In this document: positions 53,436 through 64,000 of the stretch, piece after piece
How positions within the stretch are numbered: position 1 is the stretch's first letter
Layout: the number at the start of each line of letters is the position of its first letter
Origin: Moniliella sp. 'wahieum'
Taxonomy: Eukaryota
DNA length: 64,000 nt
Reading direction: 5' to 3'
Assembly (NCBI GenBank): GCA_003971905.1
Contig: RSEE01000025.1
Span: 372,001 to 436,000, forward strand
The notes under the pieces: model-generated
The model's input: the letters and a program-made list of their open reading frames with translations, nothing else
Told to the model about the DNA's origin: nothing
The model's database searches: none
Made by a program: the position numbers and the translations under genes

Positions 53436-54071
53436 TCTCTCGCATGTGCATGGGCCCTTCTTTCTTGTCGATCCACTTGGACAGTGCCACCACTATCTCT
53501 TTGATGTGATGCTACCTGTATTTGAATGCTTAGAGGGAGAAGAGCTCAGAGGAGAACCAGCAGAGAGAGAGAACTCTTCCGTCTACTGAAAAAGGCGACA
53601 GAGAGGAGCCATTAATCAGGCACTCAGCTCAAGTGCCATGTCCAAACAGTCGAACAGTGCTGTTTTCCGAAGTGAGGACGTTAAGAGATTCGGTATATGT
53701 TGGTTGTGCATGAAGCTAAATACAAGCGAAGTAATGGTTATGGCTTTATTTATGAAGTCGAGGGAGGTTACCCGCGGATAAGAGCGTGCGTCCAGGTGGA
53801 GAGGGGGCGACAACTGCGCTTTGGGGAAGGAGATGCGTGATACAGACTCACCACCATCTGAATCGTGTGTGTTGAAGAATAAACTAGAACGTCAGCGCGC
53901 CAGCGCCATCATTAATACAGACACGATGTGAACGCGATGACCCATACAGTCGCATATGCCCCAACCATACCATACATTGCTGATCACGGCAGAGACCACA
54001 GTTACAAAACGCGTACAGTAAAAGAACCATTGATAGCACGGAAAAAAGTGAGATGAAACACCCCACGTTTT

Positions 54072-55588
54072 CTACTCGAGCTTGAGCCCAGCGTTGTTCC
54101 AGGTTTCCAACACGGACTCCCTCAAACGCAGCAGGCCCTTCTCGATTTCGTCGAGTGGGACCAGCGAAAACGAGAGGCGGACGTAAGGACTCGTTTCAAC
54201 GTTAGGCAAGAACGAATAACCCGGTACGGCCAGCACGCCTTTATCGAGCGCAAGCTCCGCAATCATCGCGTTCGAGTCGCCCTCGGCCGAAGTAGCCGTA
54301 GCAGGCAGACGGCACTTGACGAAGAAGAACATGCCCGCATTGGGCTCAACCCACTCTGCCACGGCCACTTGCTTGCCTCCGTTGCTCCCTAGAATTTTTT
54401 CAAGTGCAGCAGAGAACACTTGACGTCGCTCGAGGTAGAATTGGGCAACCTTGTCGCAGTGTACGAGGAAGGTGTCCAGACCCCACTTGGCAAGGATAGT
54501 TTGCGCCACGACCTGGGCAGTGTACGATGGTTGCAGCTGGTAGCAGGCCGTCACCCCATCAATGGCTTCAATCAGTGGAGTGGGACCCGTAGCAAAACCA
54601 ATACGGAAGCCTGCCGCCATAATCTTGCTGAGCGAGTCAAAGCGCAGCACTCGTCCGTCTCCCCAGGTCGCGACATCTTCCTGCTCCAGAGCAAGGTAAC
54701 TCTTGGGCCGTGGGCGGGTAAGGGGATCCCCGCCCAAGTTCTCAAACGAGAGGAAGTAATACGGGTCGTCCTCAAAGAGAATTAACCCAAACTCACGAAC
54801 GATTGCTAGAACTTCACGCTTGCGCTCCTCGTCCGCACTTGCCCCACTCGGGTTGCCACCGGTGGGAATCGTGTAGATCACCTTGGGGAAAGCAAGCTGC
54901 TTGGTGCTCTCGGCTTGGTGCCAGTTCTCCAGCGTCGCGCGCAGCACCTTAGCCGACAAGCCACGAGAGTCGGTCGGTACACTGTGCACCTTGGCGCCCA
55001 TCGTACGAAGTGCACCAATAGCTCCTCTGCCAAATAGAAGACGTAGACCAACTGTCAGAAATTGATCACATGCAAGTAGATATATAAAAGATGAACACGC
55101 ACGGAAACGTGGGACCCTCAACCAAAACCGTGTCGCCAGGGTCTGTGAACGCCATGAAAGCCTTGCAGATCAGGTCCTGCGAGCCATTGCCGGTCATGGT
55201 GGACCAGGGAGTGTGGACACCAGGGTTCTTGGGGTCTACATCGGGCTTGCCATGGAGCTTCTGTTGGAAACCCCTCAAAATCTGGACAAAGGGAGGCATG
55301 CCGCCAGACATGCCGTACTGCAAGCTGGCCTGCAGGTCTTTGGTGGCAATTTCGACCCGTCTCAGAGGCACCAGTATGGGGGTTAACAACGTCGACGGTC
55401 ATTCCGCGCACTGGGAAAGCGTCGGGGTTGGGCTTGCCCGCAAGGAAAGAGACCATATCTGGCACAAACTCATAGTGGAACAAACCACGGATAGCGGGCT
55501 TGGGCCATGCTTTCATTTTGGCCGAGAAGTAGTCGGCATAATTGAGGTGGACAGCAGGCGAGGGCTTGCGAGTCGAGGAAGTGGACAT
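54072..55588 (-). CDS. PLP-dependent class I aminotransferase (Aro8/2-aminoadipate transaminase-like)
   Basis: SFLAGKPNPDAFP, LQYG, GNGSQD, YTIPTGGNPSG, EDDPYY, PLP-lysine motif DSLSKIMAAGFRIG, AGMF, YVRLSFS. Intron ~55102-55027. Confidence 0.93.
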
Positions 55589-56400
55589 GATGGCGGTAGG
55601 AGGAGAGGCTGATCCTGCGAATGTGGGAGGAGAGGGGGGTAGAGGTCGTTTGGGAGCGGGATACGGCCTTTATACGGATGGCATAGATAGTTGTCCTGAT
55701 ACCACGCTACCGGCTCAACAGGTGGCTCCGATCGTTGTCTTTTCGTCGACCTCACCCGCACCAGATTTTTCTCCGTGCCGTGGCCTGCCGCGACTAGCGA
55801 GGCATTGAAGATGATTAATGACTACTGGGGAACCTGGGGGTGGCTGGCTGTCCTGTCACAGGGCAGCTGCTAATCGATAACGCATGAGCATGGCATGAGC
55901 GCTCACTCAGTTGGCCTGTCGCCCTATGGGGCTTTTGTGGGCTCGTTCGGCGTGAGCGCCTGAGGCTGAGCGCGCTCAACAACTCGGGTGCCTGTCTGGG
56001 AATCCAGCCCATGCGCCGCTTCGACTTGGGCGCAGCGCCGAGGCTCAGCAAGTGAGCCTCACTAGTGACTGCTCCGCCTGGCGCATCCGCCGGCGTGGCG
56101 TAGCCGAGCCATGATCCGAGAGCGTGGCGGAGAAGCACTCCCGGAACGCTTGCCGCCTCCGTCGGGCCGACTGTGGCCGCGGTTTGCCGCGAATTGAACA
56201 TTACATCTGCTTACCTACGCACACAGCTTGCACGGGCGGCCAGGGCGGAACACGCGACGCGCCACATAGGACTGGGATTTGACATCTGCGTGGGCGAGGC
56301 GTCTGACGCGACTCAACCTGGACTGCAACAGCACTCGTCTTGCTTTACGTCGACCACGAGTGAAGAGCCCCCATCCTGCCACCCCCACCCACCCCCCACC

Positions 56401-59318
56401 ATGGTCCGACGCAGTGGAAAGGACAAGGCCCGGATGATCAAGGCCCAAAATGTCGCCAGATCGGCCGAGAGCATGGCCCAGCGAATGGCCGAGGCACGCC
56501 GCCGCTTGGGCCCCACCGCCGAGTCGCTCATCAGCGCGCCCTTGCCAGCGACCACGCCAGCCATCGTTACTGAAGCTCCCACTCCTAACATCATGGCTGG
56601 ATCAGTTCCAGAGCCAGCACCAGCACCAGCACCAGCGCCTGCGCCAGCGCCTGCACCAGCGCCTCCGCGTGCACCGGTACATGCGCCGACGCCTTCACCT
56701 GCACTTGCGCTACCGTCTCCATCGCCACCAATTTTAGCCCCCTCTGCGCCAACCCCTGCCCTCGCCCCTTGAAACGAGCTAGCCTCGGCGCGTCTCACGA
56801 TAACTCCAGACCTCCTTCCAAATTGCCCCGGAATAGCACGGGGCCAAACGCGTTTGACGTGCTCGACCCAGCAATTCAGAAGCGATTTGGACTGCATGCG
56901 AGCGTCGAGGACTGGCTCGATGCCATTGCTTTAGGGCGTGGTAGCAGCAGGTTTCTCCTTGCTCAGGTTGATCGCAGTTCAACCGATGGACAGACTTTCC
57001 AGCTTACAGTTCGCAGCCTAGATCCCGATGGATCAAGTGACTTCCGAACTCTTCCTCTGTTCTTCCAGGGCGGCATGGTTGGCCGATTGTCCGCTTGGTT
57101 CAACCACATCACCGATGTCCATGGCGGTCCTCAAGCGCCTGATCCCCTTCATGTTATCATCTGTGGCTGGTCTGCCGCCATTGTGAAACGCCAAGACAAG
57201 TGTTCTTTGGCCGTCACGTCTTATTCCCCGGGTGCACCTGCATCGGCTGGATATCGCGCAACCAAGCCAAACCGATCATTTTTGAAGACCCACTCAACGA
57301 ACGGGGTCGTATTATCTACGACAGCGACGATGCTGCCTGGGCCGCCTTTCGGAGGAATGCCAATCCGAGTTTGTCATCGACACATGCAAACCGAACCCCT
57401 CCCTATTGGTTCGGCCCATAATCAGCGCACTGAATCCTCCAGTGAACCCTTTGACTTTGACACTCCGGTGAGTTCTGGACGAGTTCATAAGGGATCCATC
57501 TCTGAGATGCAGCAGCCACCGTCCCCCATACCCGCAAATCGTTCTTTCCTGGGAGGGTCCCAACCCTCATACCCTGCAACCACAACACTTGGACAGCCCT
57601 CATACATTCCAAAACCTTTCTGTCCTTGTTGATATCCCGACGAAGAATCACTTCTGGCAGGGGGCGTAGAGCCGCTCAGCGACGATCCTGAAATGCGGTC
57701 CATAATATTGAGTCCTGTACGTTTTCCATTCTTGATTCGCAACTGCTCGGCAACTGACCTGCTCCTATAGACGAGGTCGTACATGCCCTTCAGCAAGTTT
57801 GTACCCGCCAACGGTTGAATATCATGGCGTGGTTGAATCAAGTAACGAGATCACCCGCGCCAGCACGGGAAGCAGGGTGCGTGTGTGATCTTCCATCCAC
57901 GTGTTGCGACACTATTCTGACTATTACCCTCCTTGCACTGGTGCCCAGACTACAATCTACAGTGCAGGTACGTGACAACTCTATGACCACCATCGAGTTC
58001 GTGCAAATCTGGCGCAAAAGCGTCGAAGACCTCAAGCGCCCGAAAGTGGGGATGTAATTATCGCCATTGGTGCCGTTGTCAAGGTTAACAATAAAGCATC
58101 ATCAGGGCGCATGCTCCAAGCCACACTGTACAGCGACTCCGTGCCCAAGCCCGCAATCTAATTGTGGGCCATTCTATCTGTCGCCCCTGATGGCCAGCTT
58201 GCATGGAGCAAGAGCAGCAAGGTTCTGGTTTTGACAGAGGGGAGAAGGTGCACGCCAAGAGTCTCGCACTTTGGGGGCGCAGAGCTTGGCGGAAGCATGT
58301 TTGACAATGCTCACTAGGCCACATTCGCCAGTCCGTCACGCTCGACAAAGTACTCCGAGACCACTTTACACTCACAGTTGAGGTAATTGGACTCCAGGAA
58401 GGAGCAAAAAGATTGGGTGACAGATTATTGCCTAACGTCCACTTTGAAAAGCGCACGATCAACATCTATACTCTTTCCTCAACGATGGCGCCCCTCCACC
58501 TCCTCATATCCAAACCATACGGATGGTGTGGGTGGCGGCGAGTGGCTGAGGTGATTCTGTATGCAGACTCGATGTTCCTGCTTCACAATGACGTGGTGGC
58601 AAGATCTTTTACCTCACCAACGCCCCGTTGCCGACTAGTGGCGCCACCAATGTTGGAAATCACGCTTGGCAACTTTGCTCCGATGGGGCCAAAACACCCG
58701 ATTTGATGCCCATGTTCTTACTAGTTCTCACGAGTCCTACACAACGGCTAAAGGAGTGCGTTTCCCTCTCTGGTTTTCCCATTCGTTGGCTGACTTTGCT
58801 TGTAGGCGCAACGCGAGTACCTAAAGGGTGAACGAGGGTGTGCTGGATCAACTGACTTGGCTCGCTTGCCCAAGTCCCCTCCTGCCCCGCACCCACCCCA
58901 CCACAGCCGCGCTTGAGCAATGATCTAGTGGTGACCAAACGGCAAGCCACCGCGGGCGCACTCCTCGGGCACGCCCTTATGGAATCCTAGAACCCTCTCC
59001 ATCTCCGCCCACATAATGGGAACATGCTGCCCCGTCCTCCGCTCCGGGCTCTGGCGCCCCAGGTCCACCCGCGTTCTACCGGTGGAGAAGGCCCTGCGAA
59101 GCAGGGTCAACCTGCACACCCTGCCTTGGCCAGTGCCGCTTCCTTTCGGGATGCAAGTTTTACGGCCAAGAGCAAGAAACCTCTTCCGACTGGAGGGGCT
59201 TCTGTCAGGCAATGCTCCGGGCGTGTTGGATATGATTGACCACTCTGATTTGGCCCAGCATTTCGACTCTCAATCGCCCATTAACTTCCCTTCAACCGTG
59301 CCTTTCGTCCGGATCTGA
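56401..59318 (+). CDS. POT1: POT1-like telomere ssDNA-binding OB-fold protein (multi-exon, frameshifted)
   Basis: After removing introns (~57717-57769 and ~57877-57948) it reads YMPFSKF...LNIMA.VES...STGSRDYNL..QVRDNS...VQIWRKSVEDL..PESGDVIIAIGAVVK, matching the POT1 OB pattern (N(V/I)xGVV..G.DY..I.D.S..IFR..LP..GDVI). Ends uncertain. Confidence 0.55.
56610..56665 (+). repeat. 6-bp coding microsatellite (GCACCA/GCGCCT; Pro-Ala repeat)
   Basis: ccagcaccagcaccagcaccagcgcctgcgccagcgcctgcaccagcg. Confidence 0.8.
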
Positions 59319-59938
59319 TGGGGAAAGGCGGGAGATGGACCGCGATGTGCCTCGGCTATCTTTGTGTGTACATCTTGTTGTTTTTACGTGACGCGCATGT
59401 CAGGAGCATGGCTGTGACGACGGGCAATTGCAATAGTGACCATGGGCGCGAACATGCAACGCTGCCTTCTTTGGGTTCCACCCGTTTTCCCCGCCATCTC
59501 GACCGTTTTTCTACCTTTGATGTGGCACGTAGTTCCAAATTCCATGGGCGAGACGGCTATCCTGTCGACCACCAGGGAACGGGAAGTGACTGGCCGACAT
59601 TCGCATCAATGTAGCCGCGTCTGTCAGGGTGGGTGGATACAAGTGGTGGAGCACTGCCGGGAGAGTCGCATTGCCATCACGCATCATGCATCAGCATCAG
59701 CATTCAATAATTCAATATTCAATTCTGGCGTTTAAACTTTAATCAGCCGCCCCAGCTGGCAACATTCACAGCATGGACTACCCAATCCGCCCGGGCGCAA
59801 TAACGCAGCCCGAGTGAGATATAGGGTTGCAGGTACTGTGCCCCATGCCTTCAAGCCCTACCCACACAGGCTCGGGCGTGTTGGCAGGCTTTCGGGGCGA
59901 AGGCCCGGCGGTTGCTTAACCCCCTCACACCACCCCCA

Positions 59939-60940
59939 ATGGCCACGACGGTCCCCTCTCACGAGTTCGATCCTGCGCCCCGAGGCCATCGCCAAGAAGG
60001 CCGCCGCCGAGGACGCAGTGAAGGCTGAGCTCGCCGCCAAGGCCGCCGAGGCCAAGAAGGTACGTCGCTTCCATCCGGCCTGCAGGGTGGGATCATTGAC
60101 GGGCACACCTCCGTCCGATCATCCGGGAGCGGGCAGCTATGATGCATCACAACCACTTTGATGGCTAGCCCTTACTTTGCGATGTTGCCTCAATTCATAC
60201 CATCTTTCGGGTCTGAGCAGCCCGCTCCCGGACCATGCCCGTCATTTGTCCCAACCCTGCCCTCTGCCAACGGCAGCATACGATGACTTGGGAACTGACG
60301 TGTTGTTGCCGCTTTCCAGGCCGCCCAAGGAGACCCGCGAGAAGATCTGAAGCGCAACGAGGCGTACATTGCCGAGTACGCTGCCGCGGACGCGGAGGAA
60401 ATCAAGAACCGCGTGTGGCTAAGGCCGCTGGCGACTTCTACGTCCCGGCTCAGCCCAAGGTGGGTGTTTTCGTTCGTCTTCGCGGTATCTGCAACATCCC
60501 TCCCAAGCCCCCAAGATCATGCAGCTGCTCCCCTCATCCAGGTGAACAACGGTGTCTTCGTTAAGCTTACCAAGGCGACTGCCCAGATGCTGGCAGCAGC
60601 TGATCGAGCCCTACGTCACGTACGGCACGCTTCGCTCGCTACGATCCGCCTGCTGTACAAGCGTGGCTACGCCAAATCAACGGCCAGCTCCCCCATTTCG
60701 GAACAAGGTGATCCAGTCCCAGCCTGAGCAAGCTTGGCTTCCTCTCGGTTGAAGACCTCGTCACGAGATCTACACGGCCGGCCCTCACTTCAAGCAGGTC
60801 ACCACCTTCTCTGGCCGTTCAAGCTGTCCAACCCTACTGGCGGCTTCCGTGCCCGCAAGCTCAAGCACTTTGTCGAGAACAACGGTGACACGGGTGACCG
60901 CGAACACTTCATGCCTGCCCTCATCAAGCGCATGGCGTAA
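59939..60940 (+). CDS. RPL7: 60S ribosomal protein L7 (uL30), frameshifted in the assembly
   Basis: [97 protein letters not shown]. Intron 60060-60319. Confidence 0.97.
60135..60220 (+). ncRNA. Intronic box C/D snoRNA (snR39/snR39B/snR59-related guide for LSU rRNA)
   Basis: C-like box ATGATG (60139-60144), D box CTGA (60213-60216), guide ACCATCTTTCGGGT complementary to the conserved LSU rRNA sequence ACCCGAAAGAUGGU. Enclosed by a perfect 13-bp inverted repeat (60122-60134 / 60220-60232). Confidence 0.9.
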
Positions 60941-63900
60941 GTTGGAGGTTGGTTGGACACCCCTTGTTGGTCGCGGTTTTGACTGTGAGCGTGCTCTTGT
61001 GTCGCATGCATTGTGGCGCAAGCCGACCCTGGATTTGGCGCTGAACCGGGGCGCAAGGGTACTCACTTGGCTCCCCGACTCTGAAAATAGGCCTGGTTTC
61101 CTCCCGCCTTGACCAGGCTTAGCACTCCATGCCACATCAGCTATGGGATTGTCATGGCCGTCTGAATATGAATGTAGAGCCGTAGTTGAACCCGCTTGTG
61201 TTCGTGTGTGCTGGAGAGGCCTTCGAAGCGAGAGATTGAGCAAAGGGGCATCAACGTCAACATCAACATCATTAACCGTCCACCCGTCGCAGGTTCTACC
61301 AAAGGCACTAGTGGACGAGGTACGTTGCATGGGTCAGTTTTTGTGCGTTGGCCCCGCTAACGGGCATGGAGAAGTGTGATCACGTCTTAAGAGATAGATA
61401 CACTTTGAGCTGGCCCAGACCACCTTACCTGATTCGGCAGCCAACCCTTGTCTTCAGTCAGTTCAGTCGTCTTCACTGCAGCATTCTCTTCTGCTCCTAC
61501 TCAATTCGTCATTGTGCCCAAGCGCCCAGCACCGGTTCCTGCACTTATTCCACACACATTCTATAGTCCGACGGCCCCGAACGCCCAGGGCTGAAGCTGC
61601 TGAAGTGAAGGAGGGGAGGGAAGCGCGGTGACAACGAACCAATTGAGTCGGTTGCTCATATTGCTATTCTCGGAGATACTCTACTAGCATTTAGTTGTTG
61701 CAGAATGTACAACAAGGACAAAACAACTCTGGCGCCATCCAAAAGACAAACCCTCCTCTGGCAAGGGGTGCAAGGGGTGAAACACGTCCAGAACGCAGGC
61801 CTGAAAGCGACGCTGTCCGTGCTCACCGCAACTTTACCTAGCTGCTGGTTGGTATCACCTGTGGAGTGCATCCGTACAGTCCAGAGGCCTATTAGGAGAT
61901 GCCGACCCGCACCGCATGCCTACCTTTTTGTCGCAGATGTCTGGTCCTATACAATCAGAGTCGGCCTCTCTTCTGCGTCTCGCAGTGATAATCCTCTACT
62001 TTTGGAGGAACGCCCTTCCCCCCCCCCTCGAAAGAGAGGGGAGCAAAAGAGTCAACATGAAGACACAGCAAATGAAAGAGGAGGGGACAGGAATATGAGA
62101 AAGAGAGGGATGAATAAGGCTCGCACAACAGCCAACCGCGGTATGCAAGAAGCATTATACAATGCAGGCATGCTGATCCGTGCCTTGGCACCGGCCTCTG
62201 GGCATAATTTGAGATGCCCGTCGACAACGGACGATATGATGATTGGCGCCATGGTTCTCACGACCAAACCCAACGCCGGTATTGAGAGCATCTACCTCTT
62301 CTTGCCTTTACTTCAAGGCCACAGTGATGATGAGTGGTTCTCCTTTTCTCCCAAAATTACCCAATCGTGCCCGCGCTTTTGCAATGACCCCTCAAAATAT
62401 ATCCCAAGGAATACGATGTAAAAGGAGTCAGTCAGACTTCACCCCCTCTACCCGTATTTCCCCGTGGTTCCCCAAATGGCCAGCTCTACGCCGCTTTCTC
62501 CCCGTTTCGTTGCTGCCGTTGGCTGGATCTAGGGAGACTTGGTCGGCATTTGTGCTTATTCGCCATGACGCCATCCTCATGAAGTGAACACGCCTTCGAA
62601 AAAGTACCGTAACGCCGGAATGAAAAAAGTCACTCCCGCTCAGGCAGCCAAGTCGATAATGGGCGTTGAAGAGGTTGTGTTCAAGCTGCTTAAGCATGAC
62701 TTAAAGAAGCGATGTTTTCACAACCCACACCACTCCGTTTTCCTACTTACTACTCAGAAAACATCCGATAGTACTTCTCTCGATCGTGTGTCAGATCTGA
62801 GATATGTCGATGAAGCCGAGGCAGCTGGAAGTAAGTCCTGGTGCATTAGTTTATCCGGATCATTGCATGTGTATAGCAGGCCTATGGAATGTATCTATTC
62901 CGTTGATTTGCCGAAAAGATCTCAAGATCGACGTAAAACACACATTGAAAGCAGAGTGCCAGGCCGAAGTTGACCTTGTGTCGCGTATATGATAGGGCAG
63001 CGGGCCGTGAGCCACCCGTGTGTCAGACTTTGGCGTTCCTCTTAATTCTTAGTTGGTACCTGTCTTTTTCTTGACGGCTGAGTGGTAGATACGTCTTCGT
63101 CTCCTATAATCGACGTTTAGTTTACAACGGCCCCATCCAGTGGTACTAGTAGAGATATAGGATGGCCAAAACAACTGATTGGAACGTGAATAAGAGAGCT
63201 GTCGCATGTGAGATCTGAGATGCAAGAGTTGGTTGCACATGTGGATTATCCGCCGGATACCATGATGAAGAGACAGGCCACTAATTAAGGCAAAGGGTAG
63301 TGAATATGCTGGGTAACATGTAACAGAGTGAAAGATTGGGGGCTAGGGTGAAGTACTAGACCGGGCGATCAATGGGTGAGCGCGATGAATCGGTCACACC
63401 AGTGAGAGCCCAGAACCGCGGTTGTCCGTTAACTGAGAAGTAGCTACGCTACCAAGCTAAGGACGATTGCACTGTGCAGGGTGGGAACAGTCAGAGAAAG
63501 CTTCTTGTAAGCTCCTGACGCTAGTCCAACCTTCAATGCAACAGGGAGAAGAGGAAGGAGGGGAACGAGGGCGCGACGGTAACCAATCCGGAGCGCGCGA
63601 GTCGCGGAACTCTATAGCCAGTTCCGCTTGCAGCGACATGGCCGACCCAGCCATCACCACCAAGTGGTGCCACATGCCACCACACTCCAACACAGAGGCC
63701 TGTTCACCGCCGCGTTATCGACTATCGATCATGTTCTAGCGGCTAATGTACCCAGCTGGACTCCTCTATGCCCTGATATTTTCGTGAGGGTATAAAGTTG
63801 GAGGTGCATGTGGGACCTGTGGAAAAGAGGCAAAATGGAGATGGGTATCCCAGAAGAACCTGTTACGCTGGCTCACCCGGGGTAGCTAGTAGGTCCGCTT

Positions 63901-64000
63901 GGCCAGGGAAGCTGGAGACCATCGCACCAACCCTGCACACCGCCGAGCATACACGTGTGCGCAAGCGTGTGTCACATGTCATGGATGAAATAGTTTGTCA

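Noticed and set aside
62324..62430. Possible C box (GTGATGA) of a second snoRNA
   Set aside because: No convincing D box, terminal stem or rRNA-complementary guide found.

Overview
Gene-dense, GC-rich eukaryotic DNA with short GT..AG introns and CTRAC branch points. It is most likely a basidiomycete fungus (Ustilaginomycotina-like; inference). About 20 protein-coding genes are recognisable. Nearly all, including essential ones such as RPL7, are split by small indels, so the assembly looks like an unpolished long-read consensus and the gene boundaries given are approximate. Genes in order: CaMK1-like kinase, SET-domain/Tad3 fusion, mS45/Bot1-family mitoribosomal protein, Misato/DML1, importin-11, USP7/UBP15, GT32 mannosyltransferase, a hypothetical, C2H2 transcription factor, single-pass Ser/Thr-rich membrane protein, multi-UIM protein, METTL7-like methyltransferase, F-BAR/RhoGAP, a hypothetical, dual-specificity phosphatase, GPI-anchored protein, DUF202 protein, class I aminotransferase, POT1-like OB protein, and RPL7 with an intronic C/D snoRNA. 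The most notable items are: (1) the SET-Tad3 fusion; (2) a 4.1-kb rearrangement at 12.4-16.5 kb, made of a duplicated USP7 3' end, a microhomology deletion, a solo LTR with a 5-bp TSD, captured foreign DNA and a copia pol remnant; (3) recurring blocks of short palindromic words in intergenic DNA upstream of genes; (4) the RPL7-intron snoRNA.
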